A stretch of DNA of 64,000 nt, from the NCBI GenBank assembly GCA_951406725.2, contig OX597823.1:11656001-11720000 (forward strand), given 5' to 3'. Each line of letters starts with the position of its first letter. Within the stretch, counting starts at the first letter, position 1. The notes under the pieces are model-generated. The model worked only from the letters and a program-made list of their open reading frames with translations. It was not told the DNA's origin and did no database searches. Position numbers and translations under genes: made by a program. Source of the DNA: Octopus vulgaris (Eukaryota). Positions 13,551-28,036 of this stretch are shown here, in pieces.

Positions 13551-14689
13551 ATGATTGTTTATATACTTGTCACTGCCAGAGCAAAATGAAGCTTACATTT
13601 CTTATTGACATTATAAGCTATAACTGAACTGCGTTTATAAAGACCAGTGGAGTGAAAAAAAAAAAGAAAAACCTTTACTTTTAAGAGAAGTACAGATTGA
13701 CAACAAGAACACCCAACTTTAATTAGCATTTCACAAAATACTCCATTTTAACCATGCTGGCATAGGAAAACAGCTTTAACGAATGAGACTAGTTACGTTT
13801 CATTAGAAATACTGTTGTAAACGAATTACTTTTACTTTGTAGCCTTGTGCTCAAGTCATTGTCTATCTACTAATAATTATTTGTAAAATACAAGTCTGAC
13901 TTTAAAATATTTTCAGCCTTGTGGTTGCTTCAATGATATTACCGAAAGAATTTGGTACAGAAATATATGAGCTAAATTAAGGTTATACAAAAATAATTTG
14001 ACATTATATTGGGTTAAGGATAAATATTAAAGACTTATTGTTTTTTAGCCCCTGCTTAGCCTTGGTCAAGCATTCCTGTTACCAGAATATTCCTCTAATT
14101 ATCATTCCATCTTATTTTCTGACAATGTGTTTAGGTCTAATTTATCAATTGCTTCCTTTATTTTATTATTTTTTTTTAGTTCCTAAGACATGGTTTGAAG
14201 GGCATTTAGCTCCTATTTCTGTTAGGCAAAGTGACCATGTGCAAGTACTGACATCAGGCTGCTTTAACTGTTAATTTTCAATTTTAGCTACTGGCTTTTG
14301 CTGGGAAAATATAGAGGTACACATTTTCCCCTGCTAGTGTAGAACTTCTGAAGGTAATAATGAAATAGAATTATGAGGAAAGTTTAATTCTGGACCTGTT
14401 TATAATTATTTGAATTGTTGCTTCGTATGGAAAATTTTTCTTTTTAATATTTTGAGATTTATGTAATTACACAATCTTATCTATGAAACGAACAATTTTG
14501 AAATAATATATCTGATAAAACATCATCATCACCACTGTGTTCGAGGATGGCATATGTTGGATGGTTTGACAGCATCTGACAGGTCCAAATACTGCATCAA
14601 GGTCCAGTGTCTGCTTTGGCATGATTTCTATAGCTGGATGCCCTTAATGCCAGCCAATTCAGAGGATGTACTGGGTGCTATCATTACTA

Positions 14690-15270
14690 TTATCATTATT
14701 GAGTGAGAGAGTAGTGCATGCCATCAAAATAACACAGGGGTAAAATATACAAAGCCCAGTATACCCATCTGATAGGGATACACCAGGCACATGCATCACA
14801 ACCATATGTACGCAACATGGTGATCTCATTTGAAGATAAACAGTGCATGTCCTTGCAGATGGGGCCCAGTTAGAATTTTCTTCAGTTTGACTAGCCCATT
14901 CTGCTCAAATGGTCCTTGAATAAGGGTTGTAACAAATGAAACACCAATGTTTCCAGAGGTGAATTATTCAAACTCCAAAGAATTCCTCTCAACACATGGC
15001 TATGATGTTCCTGCACTACTTCTGCTCATGGTCAGAGATGCACATGTCGTCAGCCACCAAGGGAGATGCTCTACAGGTTATGGTCAAACAACTGACAAGC
15101 CAATCTGTGGTATTGTAGAATATTTACTGTAGTCCATCTTTTGTACCAAGATAAAACAATGTGCATGATAACACTTCCAATCAGTTATGATCAGAGGCCA
15201 TGTACTTCCAATCAGTTAACACCACGAGAGCCAGTAACTGGTACTGCATCATCATCATCATTATTATTAT
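14690..15270. repeat. Probable interspersed repeat flanked by (ATT)n/(CAT)n tracts
   Basis: GC-richer block bounded by simple-repeat tails, with an internal 15-bp duplication ACTTCCAATCAGTTA. Single copy here, family not assignable. Confidence 0.35.
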
Positions 15271-15770
15271 TATTTGTGGCACCAGTGCCAGTGAAGTCAC
15301 TATGCAACTTGCAAGCCTAAGATTCCCTTTGAATGAATGCTGCTATAAGTAGAAAGGGGAGGCAGCTTTATTCTATGGAATGGGAGATTAAAGTGTGATG
15401 GAAGAGGCCGAAACAGAACATTGGTAATTAAAATTTGAGATATAAAACTCCATCTATCTTTTATGAAATCTTTTGAATTAAACTGGCCAAGCAGATAAAA
15501 TATAAGAAATATTTGCAGACAAAATAAGATTAATTGAAAACAAAAACAATAACAAACTAACCTGCTCATTTTGAAGAAAAATTTGGTATGAACTTAGTAT
15601 TTTGTAATGTTCTTTAATATATAACATTTTAATAATTTTTTAAAAAATTGCTGGAAGGAAAATGCTTTTTGTTAGAGTTGCACTGTTTTTAAAAGTCCTA
15701 AAAAAAAACACATGGAAAATGCTTTTCTTAAACATAATATATTTATTTTTATTTATTTATTTTTTTGCAG

Positions 15771-15972
15771 GGATATAAAATATTCTATACTTTGAATCCA
15801 GATCTCCCTATTATTCTTTGGGACCATAAAACCCACAACAATGGCCAGAATAAAGTGGAAACTCTTCTTAACTTGAAAACAAACAGCACATATACTATAA
15901 CCATTTTAGCTTTTTCTAGTGCTGGTGAAGGTCCTCTTTCAGAAGAAATTCAAGTAATGACAAATCCTGGAG
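15771..15972 (+). CDS. Lar: LAR-family RPTP exon encoding the C-terminal part of FNIII repeat 2
   Basis: Acceptor ttttttgcAG, donor GGAG|GTAATG; 202 nt, phase 0 to 1, in frame with the previous exon. GYKIFYTLNPDLPIILWDHKTHNNGQNKVETLLNLKTNSTYTITILAFSSAGEGPLSEEIQVMTNPG resembles PTPRD 'GYRVYYT...[28 protein letters not shown]'. Confidence 0.95.
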
Positions 15973-17110
15973 GTAATGCAGTCTTTATCACCCACTCCAC
16001 TTCATTGCTAATTTTTGATGTCTTTTTTTAAAAAAAAAGAAAATTTATCGACATGCATGTTACAACACAAAGACAACGAAGATTTACAAATTCCCCAAAA
16101 ATATTCTTACCATATCATTATTTCACTAATGAAAGAATTAAGGATTCACTTGACAAAATGAATTATTTTCCCTGTCTGCAGATGAGTGCAGTCCAAACTC
16201 TCTCTCTTTCTCTCTAAGAAGAAACAGTATTTTATACACACATCAACTACAACATACTTATTTCAGTACACATTGAGTAAATACAGGAATATGTATTTCC
16301 CCACTTAGAAGATAAATTCAGGTCAGTATTCAGATTCTGAATATTACCACAAAATGGCCTTATAATGCATCATTCATTTAATTTCTGTAGAGTTTCAATT
16401 TTTAGCAATCAACACAGCTTAGCCTATATTTCCACAGAGTTAGCTTTGTACCAGAAACTTCCAAATCTCACCTGAGATGTAATAGGCCTCTACTTTCACT
16501 CCTCTAAAATACTTTACATAATGAAACTCTAAGAATATATTAGCTTCAGCTAACAACACTACAACAATACAAATTCCATCATCATGGCCTGTCTTCATTG
16601 GCATGTTTCATCTGACATGTTCCTTACATATTGTAGCATTGCATGTAATTTGGGCTAAATGTCTTTGGAAATTTTGGGCTGGAGAACCTATCTCCCTGAA
16701 CACGTTTGGTAATCTTTAGTAGTTGAGCTAAATGGGTGTGTTGTCTTGTGCCTGCTTGCACCAAACTTCTATACATGTATGTATATGTCTAGTGTAATTC
16801 TGGTTCTTGGGATGTGAATGTCATTGGATATCGTGTGGACGACAAGTCCAAATGTCCGAGTTGTTACTTGCGGACACTTAGATGCATTTGCTCGTTATTA
16901 TTACCTTTTTAAGAAAAAAAAAAAAAAAAAGGTTGCATTTGTTGCATTTTTCTTTTACTTTCTAATATAAATCGGGGATCAAAAAAGGTGGGGAGTTTTG
17001 CTGAAACAATTTTCAAATAAATTAACCTCCTAAGGGAAAAGGGGAAAAGAAAAGAAGTGCTAACAAAAAGTATGATCTTTTAATACATATACATTCATAT
17101 ATATATAATA

Positions 17111-17149
<39 letters not shown>

Positions 17150-18385
17150 AATGTGTATATATATGAATGTGTATGTATACACTATTGCATGTGAAAATAA
17201 AACAAGGTTGCATTCTTTTCCTTTTCTTCTTTTCAATTAACCAAAAGCTTTGATCAAAAATTGTTTAAAGTTTTATTATTATCATTATTATTATTATTAT
17301 TTAAAATAAATCTCCAAATCAAAACGCCAGGTGTATTACTAAGCACAATTTGTTGATAAAAATCTTAGAATACAATTTTATTTTTAAAACATTAGTTTTT
17401 GAGATTTTCATAAGCCAATTTAGACATAATTTCATAATTGGTATCATCAGTATTACTTCTAAATTATTGTTAAGAGGCAAAAAAAAGTCTTCAGAAATTG
17501 TTTCAGCTTGACTACCAAGTGCAGTTCTACAAAGTAAATTGGTCAAGATTAGTCAGATAACTTTGGTCAACAGCTCCATTTAGTGCCATAAACAATGTGT
17601 CTCTGAAACCTGCATTACTATTATAACTACTACTACTTGTGTGTCCAACATTTGTATGTGCATATATATGTGTGTATACTTGTGTGTGTGTATGTGTTTC
17701 TTACTTTACAAAAAGGAAGATTTTTTTTTGTTGAAACTTTGTTAAAATTTAATTTAATTATTTTTTTCTTTTTTTACCTTGTTTTGCTTATATTTATTCA
17801 GATTCCAATACAATATGTATTTCAATACCAAATGGATTATTATAAATACACAATACTAATATCAGAGTATTGAATCTATCTTTCTTAACCACAGGGAACA
17901 AATTCGTGGAATTTAGTGCAATATTTCAGCTTTCATCATTGTGTTGTACCAGATTTTTCAATCCAATATTGTACAAAATATGGATTATATACATCAAATT
18001 TTACAATTTGCTGTACACCTTTCAACAGATTATATTATGATGTGTCTATGTGTGTGCCTGTGCATAAATGTAAGTGATTATATGTGTGTGTGTTTGTATG
18101 TGTATATGTAAAAAGTGCTGCATAGGGTTCAAGCATGTAGGATCAATTAAATTTTTATGTATGTATATAAGTGGATTAGAATATGAAAAAAAGCATAATT
18201 ACTAAACCCTTTATAATCATAATTGTGCAATGAATAATACCATATGTATTGTTTGAGGTAACACATTAATTATATTTGCTGTGTATGACTGGCATGGCTA
18301 GCTGCCTGATCATTATATTAGCTGATTCTTAGGGGATTTTCAAAGATATTTCAAAGTTGACAGTTGATATAAATTTTAACTTCTA

Positions 18386-18856
18386 CGAGGGGCATTCAAT
18401 AAGTAATGCCCCTGACCCACTTCCCATAGCAGTAGAGCAACGAAACTTGGCAGTTATTAGTCTTTTTCTACATAGGAACCACCCAGAGTTACGCATTTCT
18501 CCCATCGTTTGATGCAGCTCTGGAGACTGTTTTTGTAGAAGACCCCAGCTTGGTCCTCCAACCATGACGTGACTTCAGAAATCAAGGCTGCATCATCTGG
18601 GAAACGCTTTCCTTTCAAATACAATTTCATGGCTGGGAAGAGGTGAAAATCAGAGGGTGCAAAGTCAGGAGAGTAGGGGGTGGATGGGGGAGGAGTTCAT
18701 AGCTGCACACCTTTGCTTCTGATCTGGCGACACGCGAGTTGTGGACCGGAGCGTTGTCCTGCAGGAGGAGGATGCCTTTGCTGATCTTGCCTCGCCTCTT
18801 GATTTTGATAGCTTCTCTTAATTTCCTCAAAAGTGAAGCATAATAGTATCTATTTA
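18386..18856 (-). mobile_element. mariner transposon 3' fragment: transposase C-terminus plus one TIR
   Basis: Minus strand YYASLLRKLREAIKIKRRGKISKGILLLQDNAPVHNS...LPHPP, then after a frameshift YSPDFAPSDFHLFP..K..LKGKRF...RWEKCVTLGGSYVEK. Terminus TA|CGAGGGGCATTCAATAAGTAATGCCCC. Confidence 0.92.
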
Positions 18857-19695
18857 TGAGATGGAAGCCATTCTGTTTCCAAAAAGAACACAATCCCATT
18901 TCTGATTAGTCTTGCAATGGGGAATTTTGAAACTTAATGTCATGTTCTTTACTTCATCACATCGATTACTAGATGAAATCTAATAAAACTCTACTTGTAC
19001 ACAACTCAAGACCTGCTATTCCTTTAAAGCTTTTTAAGACTTCTGTCTTTAGTCCACAGCTAAACATTTGCTAATGTTAGCAATGCTTTGTATGCACATA
19101 TAGATTATCTTTACATTTTCTTTTTTTATTCTTTATTTGTCATACTACTTTTAGAAATATTTACCCATTAAGGATAGAAAGTCTCTCAATATGTTGCTTT
19201 TGACTAAATTAAACCTGTTGATGTTGCTTGAGGGTTGTCCATTTTAAGGTTAAGATGAATACCCTACTTCCTCCAAAGTAATTGCAAACGCAAAATATCT
19301 TTTATGCTGCTAAGAACAAACTTGGCTCTGGTTTCATAGCATTCAGTGGGTGAGTGATAATTTTTTTCCAAGACTTGACTTCAGCTTATTTCTGATCTGA
19401 TAAATATCCTTGACAACTGGCCTATGTCAGTTGAAGTGATGAAGAACAAAATGGTCTGCTTTGTAGCATCTATAAATAAAGAATAGTCCACAATTTTATC
19501 CATTCAGTCATGGTATGTCTTAGAATGTTTCTGATTAGTGTTTCAGTATTTAATCCGAGTTCTCCTGAGATTTTCCTTCATTACCTGATAATATCTAATA
19601 CTACATATATTGTTGGATCAGTCTATTTAAACTTCTATATGGGAGATGGAGGTCTGCTGTTTTTGGTTTTTGATATATATATATATATATATAAC

Positions 19696-20467
<772 letters not shown>

Positions 20468-21041
20468 CACACACACACACATATATATATATGTATATAT
20501 ATACACATATATATATATATAGGCACAGTCATGACAATGTGGTTAATAAGTTCATGTGGTTCATGTTCAATCCCAAAATATGGTACCTTGGACAAGTGTT
20601 TTCTATTATAGCTCTGGGCTGACTAATACCTTGTGAGTGAATCTGGTTAATGGAAATTTTGTGGTAACCCGTCACGTATGTATTATGTGATGTGTGTAGC
20701 TCTCTGTTTCCTACCCCTACATTGCTTGATGATCAATGAGGGTTTGTTTTATGTCCTTGTAACTTAGCAGTTCAGCAAAAAAGAATGACAATAAGTACCA
20801 GGCTTTAAGAAAATGAGTACTGGGGTCAGACTGTTGGATGAAATTTTTCAAGGCTGTGCCTCAGGATGGCCACTGTCCAAACACAAAACAAATAAAAGAT
20901 ACAAAGTATTACATCATCATCATCATCATTTAATGTCCATGTTCCATGGTGGTATAGGTTGGATGGTTGGACAGATCCAGTGGATCAAAGGACTGTGTCA
21001 TGTTTCAGTATTTGTTTTGTCAGGATTTCTATGCCTGGAAT

Positions 21042-21240
21042 CATCATCATCATCATCATCATCGTTTAACGTCCGGTCTCCATGCTAGCATGGGTTGGAC
21101 GGTTCGACCGGGGATCTGGGAAGCCAGAAGGCTGCACCAGGCTCCAGTCTTATCTGGCAATGTTTCTACAGCTGGATGCCCTTCCTAACGCCAACCACTC
21201 CGTGAGTGTAGTGGGTGCTTTTTACGTGCCACCTGCACAT
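21042..21240 (-). mobile_element. Repeat family D copy with (CAT)n end
   Basis: Matches 43392-43580 and the reverse complement of 7280-7448. Confidence 0.8.
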
Positions 21241-23525
21241 CCCTAATGTCATCCACTTTACAGTGGGTACTGGCTACTTTTTTCCATTCCACCTTGCAAG
21301 ACAAACTCCAAGGTTTGTAGGTGCTAGGAGATGATGGGTAAAAAGTATGAGAAAAAGTGGCCAAGTGGAACTGGTTTCTTGTTGTAAAGGCACTAGCTAC
21401 ATGACTATTGACATAGTAGAAGAGTGTATGGTAGTGGTCAGAAGAAGCCGGAAAGGAGTAGAAATATTGGTGATGATGTCTCACTCAGAGTGGTAGACAG
21501 AATTTAGTGTTGCTAGGAGACAAGTATGTGGCCTGTGGGTGGTGGTGGGGGGCGGTAGGCAACCCCCAACAATGCAAGTGTTGGAGTGAGAGTAGGAGAT
21601 GGTTGACAGTGTGGAATAGCAGAACAGTAATACTGATTTTAAATGGCCGCAGTCAAATGACTGAAACAAATAAAAGAATATGTGTTCACATACATATTTA
21701 ACTAATGTTTTTGTAAAGAATTCAAGATGCAGTCATACTATTTGAAGGAAGATTTTCTCAAATTAAAAATTTTTAATTATATCAAAAGATCTTTAAAAAA
21801 CTAAAGGACACAAACCTTTTAGAAGGAAGTTTCCATATTGCGTTTAAGTGCTTTTTCCCTTTACAGCTTTTCAAATACACGTGTTATAGGGTAATTCATA
21901 GAGAGGAAGTTATTTTTATAGTGTTGTTGATGATTTCTGGTCTAGTTTTGGATTTGGAATTCTTATATGGTATTCTTCTCTTGCCTTTTATGGTTGATCA
22001 TTTTCTTCCTTTGAAAATAGGAAATATGTTTCAATTTCCCATTTGCACAAATGTCTAGTTGTTCAGTACATGGAACATTTCAAAGAATTGAATCTTTGAT
22101 TTGCTGCTTATATACCCTAAGCCAGTGTGTATTAATTTTCATCCTTTTTGGGCAATATACATCACATTGCATTATGGGCATGTGATGTAGTAAAGGAGAT
22201 TTGTTTTGTTCTGTTATTTTGCAATTTGTAGTTCCGTTAGCCTTTCTCTTCCTTCCCATTCTGGAATGTTTTCCTTGTTCCCTTTTCCGTTATTTCATAT
22301 GTTTGATGATGAAAGGTCTCTGCAGCTGGTTGCCAGCATTATTTTTTTTCCTCGACTTTTATTATATACCTGCATATGTGTACATCCATACACATACGTG
22401 TGAACGCACAAAACAAAATAGTCCAACCCATGCCAGCATGGGAAATGGATATTAGATGATGATGATGATGATGACTACTATTAGAAACATAGAAGATTGG
22501 ATGCTAAATCAATGGGTGATACATAAGGCATAGCTGTCTGGTTAAGATGTTTGCTTCCTAACCACACGATTTAGATCCAGTCCCTCTGCATGACCCTTGG
22601 GTTGATATCTTCTACTATAGCCTAAAGCTGACCAAAGGCTTGTGAATGGATTTGGTCAATAGAAAATGAAATATGCCCATTGTGTATATGTGCAGTGGTT
22701 TAATTTCTTATTACACCTATTGAAGAAGTGACTGCTTTGTGCTTCACATTGCCACAGTTTCCTCTATGACTTCTGCCTTGCTCTTACTTCTGGAATGTAC
22801 CTAAAGTCTTTGATTCTCTTTAAACTCTTTAGAAATACTGAGAATGAAGAACAGCATAATTATTACTATATACATCTTAACTGCATTTATCATTATTCTT
22901 CATTATAATTATCATTGCTCTCACCTTCATCTTCATTATTCTTATTGATTGCTACATCATTTTGTATTCATTTTCGTATAATGAATATAACAAAATTTAA
23001 CATTAATTTAAGGCATTGTTTAATTAACCTGCATCGCGAGCATAAACATAGTTACTGAATTATCTAAGTACGTCTTTATAATTTTAAAAAAAAAAAAAAA
23101 TGGAAGACATTTAAAAAAAAAATCCTGTCATGTAAAGAAACGCAACTTCTTTTTTTTTTCCTGTTTATTTTTGTTTTATTTCTAATTTTTTTTTCTTTTT
23201 TCAAACTTCAATATTTATTTTTCTAATCCTCAGATTCATCTATTAAATTAGTGTTTCAGGTTTTCAACAAGCTATTTGATTGTGGTGGGGGAATCAACAA
23301 CACTCACAAAACACTGAATACATCCACTTTATTTTTGCTTCATCATATTATCAACTGAATAGAGCGCAAACCGAATGGAATAATAAAATAGCATAAACAT
23401 GGGTAGAGAGCATGTCTAGCTAAATTTTGGCACTAACTGGATCTGTTTTATACCACCTTATCATTCTTGGCTCAATACACCTATAACGATGCATTGGATT
23501 TCTTTTTTTTTTTTTGCCTGCTGTA

Positions 23526-23573
<48 letters not shown>

Positions 23574-23863
23574 TGTTATATATAAATATATATATATGTT
23601 ATATATATGCGTATATAGGATATATATATATTTAATATATATAATATATATTATATATATGTTATATATATATATATTATTGATATATGGATATATGTAA
23701 TAATTTACATATATGATATATAATATATATATATATATACACACACACATATATATCTTTTTTTTTAATTATTGATTTCTGCCTATGGATTTGTTGTTTA
23801 TGTGCGGGATGTTCAAACACTTGCATCATTTCGTATTGCTGAAATCTCTTGTGTGTGTTTCAG

Positions 23864-23893
23864 TTCCAGTGAATAAACCTGTTATATTTGATC
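23864..23893 (+). CDS. Candidate 30-nt alternative microexon in the LAR FN2-FN3 linker (VPVNKPVIFD)
   Basis: More than 200 nt free of AG before tttcAG; perfect donor C|GTAAGT; 3n length, phase 1-1, no stop; TGC motifs upstream and TGCATG at 24003-24008. Confidence 0.65.
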
Positions 23894-24292
23894 GTAAGTA
23901 GTTCTGAAAAGTATGGCATTTATAATATTTATTATTATTATCATTATTAATAATATTACCATCATATAAACCTCCATGTCTTTATACAGTGCTCCTATAT
24001 GGTGCATGTTGCTGCATATTTTTTAAAATATTTTTAGTAGCCTGAAGTCCTGTAGATTGTGACTTTCAAATATCTTCTGACAGTCTTGAACTGGCCTTTG
24101 TTTTTTGCATCAGTTATTACTTGTATCAATTTTGTCTAGCGTACGTACATGTAAATTTTTGCGCTGCCGCTATATACTACTGCGAAGATGCCAGCATGCT
24201 TGCCCTTTGCTTTGATCTGCTGCCTGCTGCTGCTGCTGCTGCTGCCGACGCGTTGCACTGCGCGATCGTTACAAATCAGTTTCTTTCTGCAG

Positions 24293-24331
24293 CGATGGAT
24301 GGACTGAAGACCATACATCCTGATATTGCAC
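24293..24331 (+). CDS. Candidate 39-nt alternative exon (A/P-MDGLKTIHPDIA)
   Basis: tttctttctgcAG acceptor, AC|GTAATC donor, 3n length, phase 1-1, open frame; lies in a GC-rich island with a (CTG)n/YGCY cluster upstream. Confidence 0.4.
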
Positions 24332-24492
24332 GTAATCCATCCTGGGTTTACCAGTCCAGTCTTTGTCCATTGCCGTGTTTTTTTCCGAGTGATCTTCCTA
24401 CTGTTTTCCTCCCTTCTTTCCAACGGAGCTATGCACACTTTATTTCAGCCATTATCTGCGAAAAGGTTTACATACATACATGTATGTACGTG

Positions 24493-24551
<59 letters not shown>

Positions 24552-24898
24552 GTATGTGTATTTATGTATGTATATATGTATTGGGGGAAGGGTGTTTGGT
24601 TTTAGTTTTTAGTTTTTTACCTTCTGTAAATAAAAAGAATATTTTTTTATTATATGGAAAAAAAATGTTAAAAATTGCATCAATTCTGAAGGTCGCTGCT
24701 AATTTTAGCTAAAACTTTAAAAGTCCTAAGTTCTTTTATATGTGTGTATGTCTGTGTGTGCTCACAATAAATATATTCACTCACACACGCGCAGACATAT
24801 ATATATATACACACACACACACACATACTCTTTAATTCATATGTACATGTATACTTATGAAAGTGTATGTATATACTTATAATCGTACACACACATAC

Positions 24899-24930
<32 letters not shown>

Positions 24931-27257
24931 TTATCTGTTAGAGAGTTAAATATTTTTTTTTCTGTTGTAGTTTCGAAGTTTATAATTATTTAATTTTATT
25001 TGGTTCTGATTTTCTTTTGATAATGGATATTATTCAAAATTTTGCAATAGGTTTATTTTACAAATGTACATCTAATATACACTTTTTTTTCGTTAAGACT
25101 GGAGAGGAAGGTGGTTGGTAAAAGTCTTCCCTCCAATATTTACCTCTTTCTTTCTTTTGTTTTTTTTTAAAGTAGTCTGGACATTAAGTCGTATTAGTTT
25201 TATTGACATCCTCTAGCGATGGCATTGTAAAAACAAAAGCCTTGTCTAAAGACTCTTCAATTTATTTATTTTTATTTTCCTTTCCCTTCTTATATCAAAC
25301 AATATTATTTTGATTAAAAGGAATTTCAATACATTAGAAATTATCAAAAATGTTATTTACAAAGTCATTTTTTGGCCTAAAATTTGGATGAAAAGATAAT
25401 ACAAATAAACATATTTATAAAAATATGAGGAAATCAATTTAAAATTCTGAAAAAAATAACTGAATAAAAGTAATGATTAAATGAATTTTCTATTATTCTT
25501 CTAAACAAACTGTATTTTAAGATGTTATGGGATTGTTTTACTTGTGAAACAGTTGTGCATAGTTCCTGAGGAAGTTTTTCACAACTTTTATTTCATAAAG
25601 TGTAGCCATTTTCCACCAAAATGCTTTTTTTCTTGTCATGCATATAGTTTTACTGAGATACATTGAAAAATTGTTATATTTATAAAACTTTTATGAAATT
25701 CTAGCGTAATTCAGGTGGTTGGAGCTGAAAGAAAAACCTCATTTCATAAGCTCTTATGCATTTTTTATTTAATACTTAAATTTAAGCAAACAGTGTGATT
25801 GTATGTACATGAGTCTATATATGTATTTATGTATACTTGGTTATATACATATGCATGCATATGTTATGTGCCTTTATACATATATTCAGACAGTATACAT
25901 TAATTATCAGAAAAAGGATTGTAAATGCCTTGAATTCAACTAATGATCTAACTTCATAACTAAAACTGATTGTTTACCAAGTAAACAGCTAATAATGTAG
26001 ACTAAAAAATGTTCCGCTATCTCATAGTATGTAAATTTAGCTTGTATCCTTTTTCTGATTTATCAGTTGTTATGTAACTTAACTCAATTGGTAATCTCTG
26101 CTATGAGAATCTAATTGTAACTATACATAGTAGTTTACAGATATTAAATTGTTAACTAATAGATCTAGATTAATAAGTGACAACAGTAAAATGGCTGCTT
26201 TACTGTCTTTTCCTACTGCATAATAGTAATAATAATAATAATAACAATAATAATAACAACGATATTAAATAATACTAAATAATTATAACCTCACAAACAT
26301 GTGTGCTGAATTCAAAGATTTGTGATTTCAAGAGATTAAATTGGCTTTTCACAAAAGTTTGTGACTATTAAGTTTAAGAATAATTCTTAATCTAACTGCT
26401 TGTGTGTAACATCACATACACATCTAGCTAGTTATGAAGAACCTATGTCTTTTCATTATAGTTCATGTTTCTTTCTTCTTTTTTTTTTTTTTCACCCTTT
26501 CCTGGTGATCAGAGCTGTGTGCAGTCTGTAACTTATATCCTGTGACATTTGACATATTCCAATATGTTTGTCTCAGTTACATCCACACTAAGCTCTTGCA
26601 TATGATTGCTATACATTTTTTCCTCCTGATCTTAAATTCCTACATTCTACAGTTTGAGGTGGACAAGATGTTCATAAACATTTTGCCTCAAATTCTTGTT
26701 ACAACCTTAACGCAGAAGCCGCACCTTATACTTTTCTTCTAGCGCTTTCATTTCATTGCTTTACTGCTCTCCTTTTAGTGTAGGATAAATAGCTTCTCTT
26801 CTCTCTTCCTCATCTTCCAACTTCTACAATGGATTACTAGCTATATTAATGCGCTATTGATGACTATGTTTTGGGGATTGAAATTTAATTCTTTTATGAT
26901 TTCTTCTAGATCATTCCAAGACCGAAGAAAAACAAAATTTTACTTTATTCTCATTCTGAGAAAAGAAATATTCTGGTTTACACTTGAGAAATTTATATCA
27001 TGTGTTTTCAATGTCTATGCGCATTTGCTGTAAAAATATATTTTCCTGCAATACTTACTTATTATTAACAACATGCTATGAAGAAATTGACCTGCTTAGT
27101 TACAAGTTTATAAGTCAGTGCTATCCTGACAGTATTAAAAGCGCAGTTTATTGGAGAATAGTTTTCTCTAGCTTACTCATAGATCCCTCCCCATGTATTT
27201 TGTAGTTCATCTATCTAACTATGCTGCTCAGATATTATGCTCTTGCTACATAGGGAA

Positions 27258-27281
27258 CTATATATATATATATATGTATAC

Positions 27282-27318
<37 letters not shown>

Positions 27319-27528
27319 TTTATATATATATACATATATATATATATAACTATATATATATATGTATGTATATATATATGTACATGTATATATATATATA
27401 TAACTATATATATATGTATATAGTATTCATATATATAGTATTCATGTATGTGTATATATATATATATATATATGTGTGTGTACACACACATGTATATAGT
27501 ATTCATATATATAGTATTCATGTATGTG

Positions 27529-27566
<38 letters not shown>

Positions 27567-27645
27567 CACATATATGTATATAGTATTCATATATACATGT
27601 AAATATATATGTATATATATATATATAATCATATATAATATTCAT

Positions 27646-27695
<50 letters not shown>

Positions 27696-27786
27696 TACAT
27701 CTCGTTCGGAGATTTATTAATGCTTATATATATATATATATATAATATGAATATGTATAATAGTCATATATATACATGAAATTTAC

Positions 27787-27819
<33 letters not shown>

Positions 27820-27829
27820 TATAATGGTT

Positions 27830-27864
<35 letters not shown>

Positions 27865-28002
27865 ATTCATAGATGCATACGTATATAAGTACATACATAT
27901 ATATAAATACATATGTATATATGCGTGTACACTTGTGTGTGTGTATATATATATAAACAAACACATATATACATGTGCCTATATACAATATATGTATATA
28001 TT

Positions 28003-28036
<34 letters not shown>

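Noticed and set aside
23234-23284. 51-nt in-frame unit after a long T tract (also 16182-16226, 45 nt)
   Set aside because: Donors GTGGGG and GTATTT are weak and such pairs are expected by chance; not supportable without RNA data.
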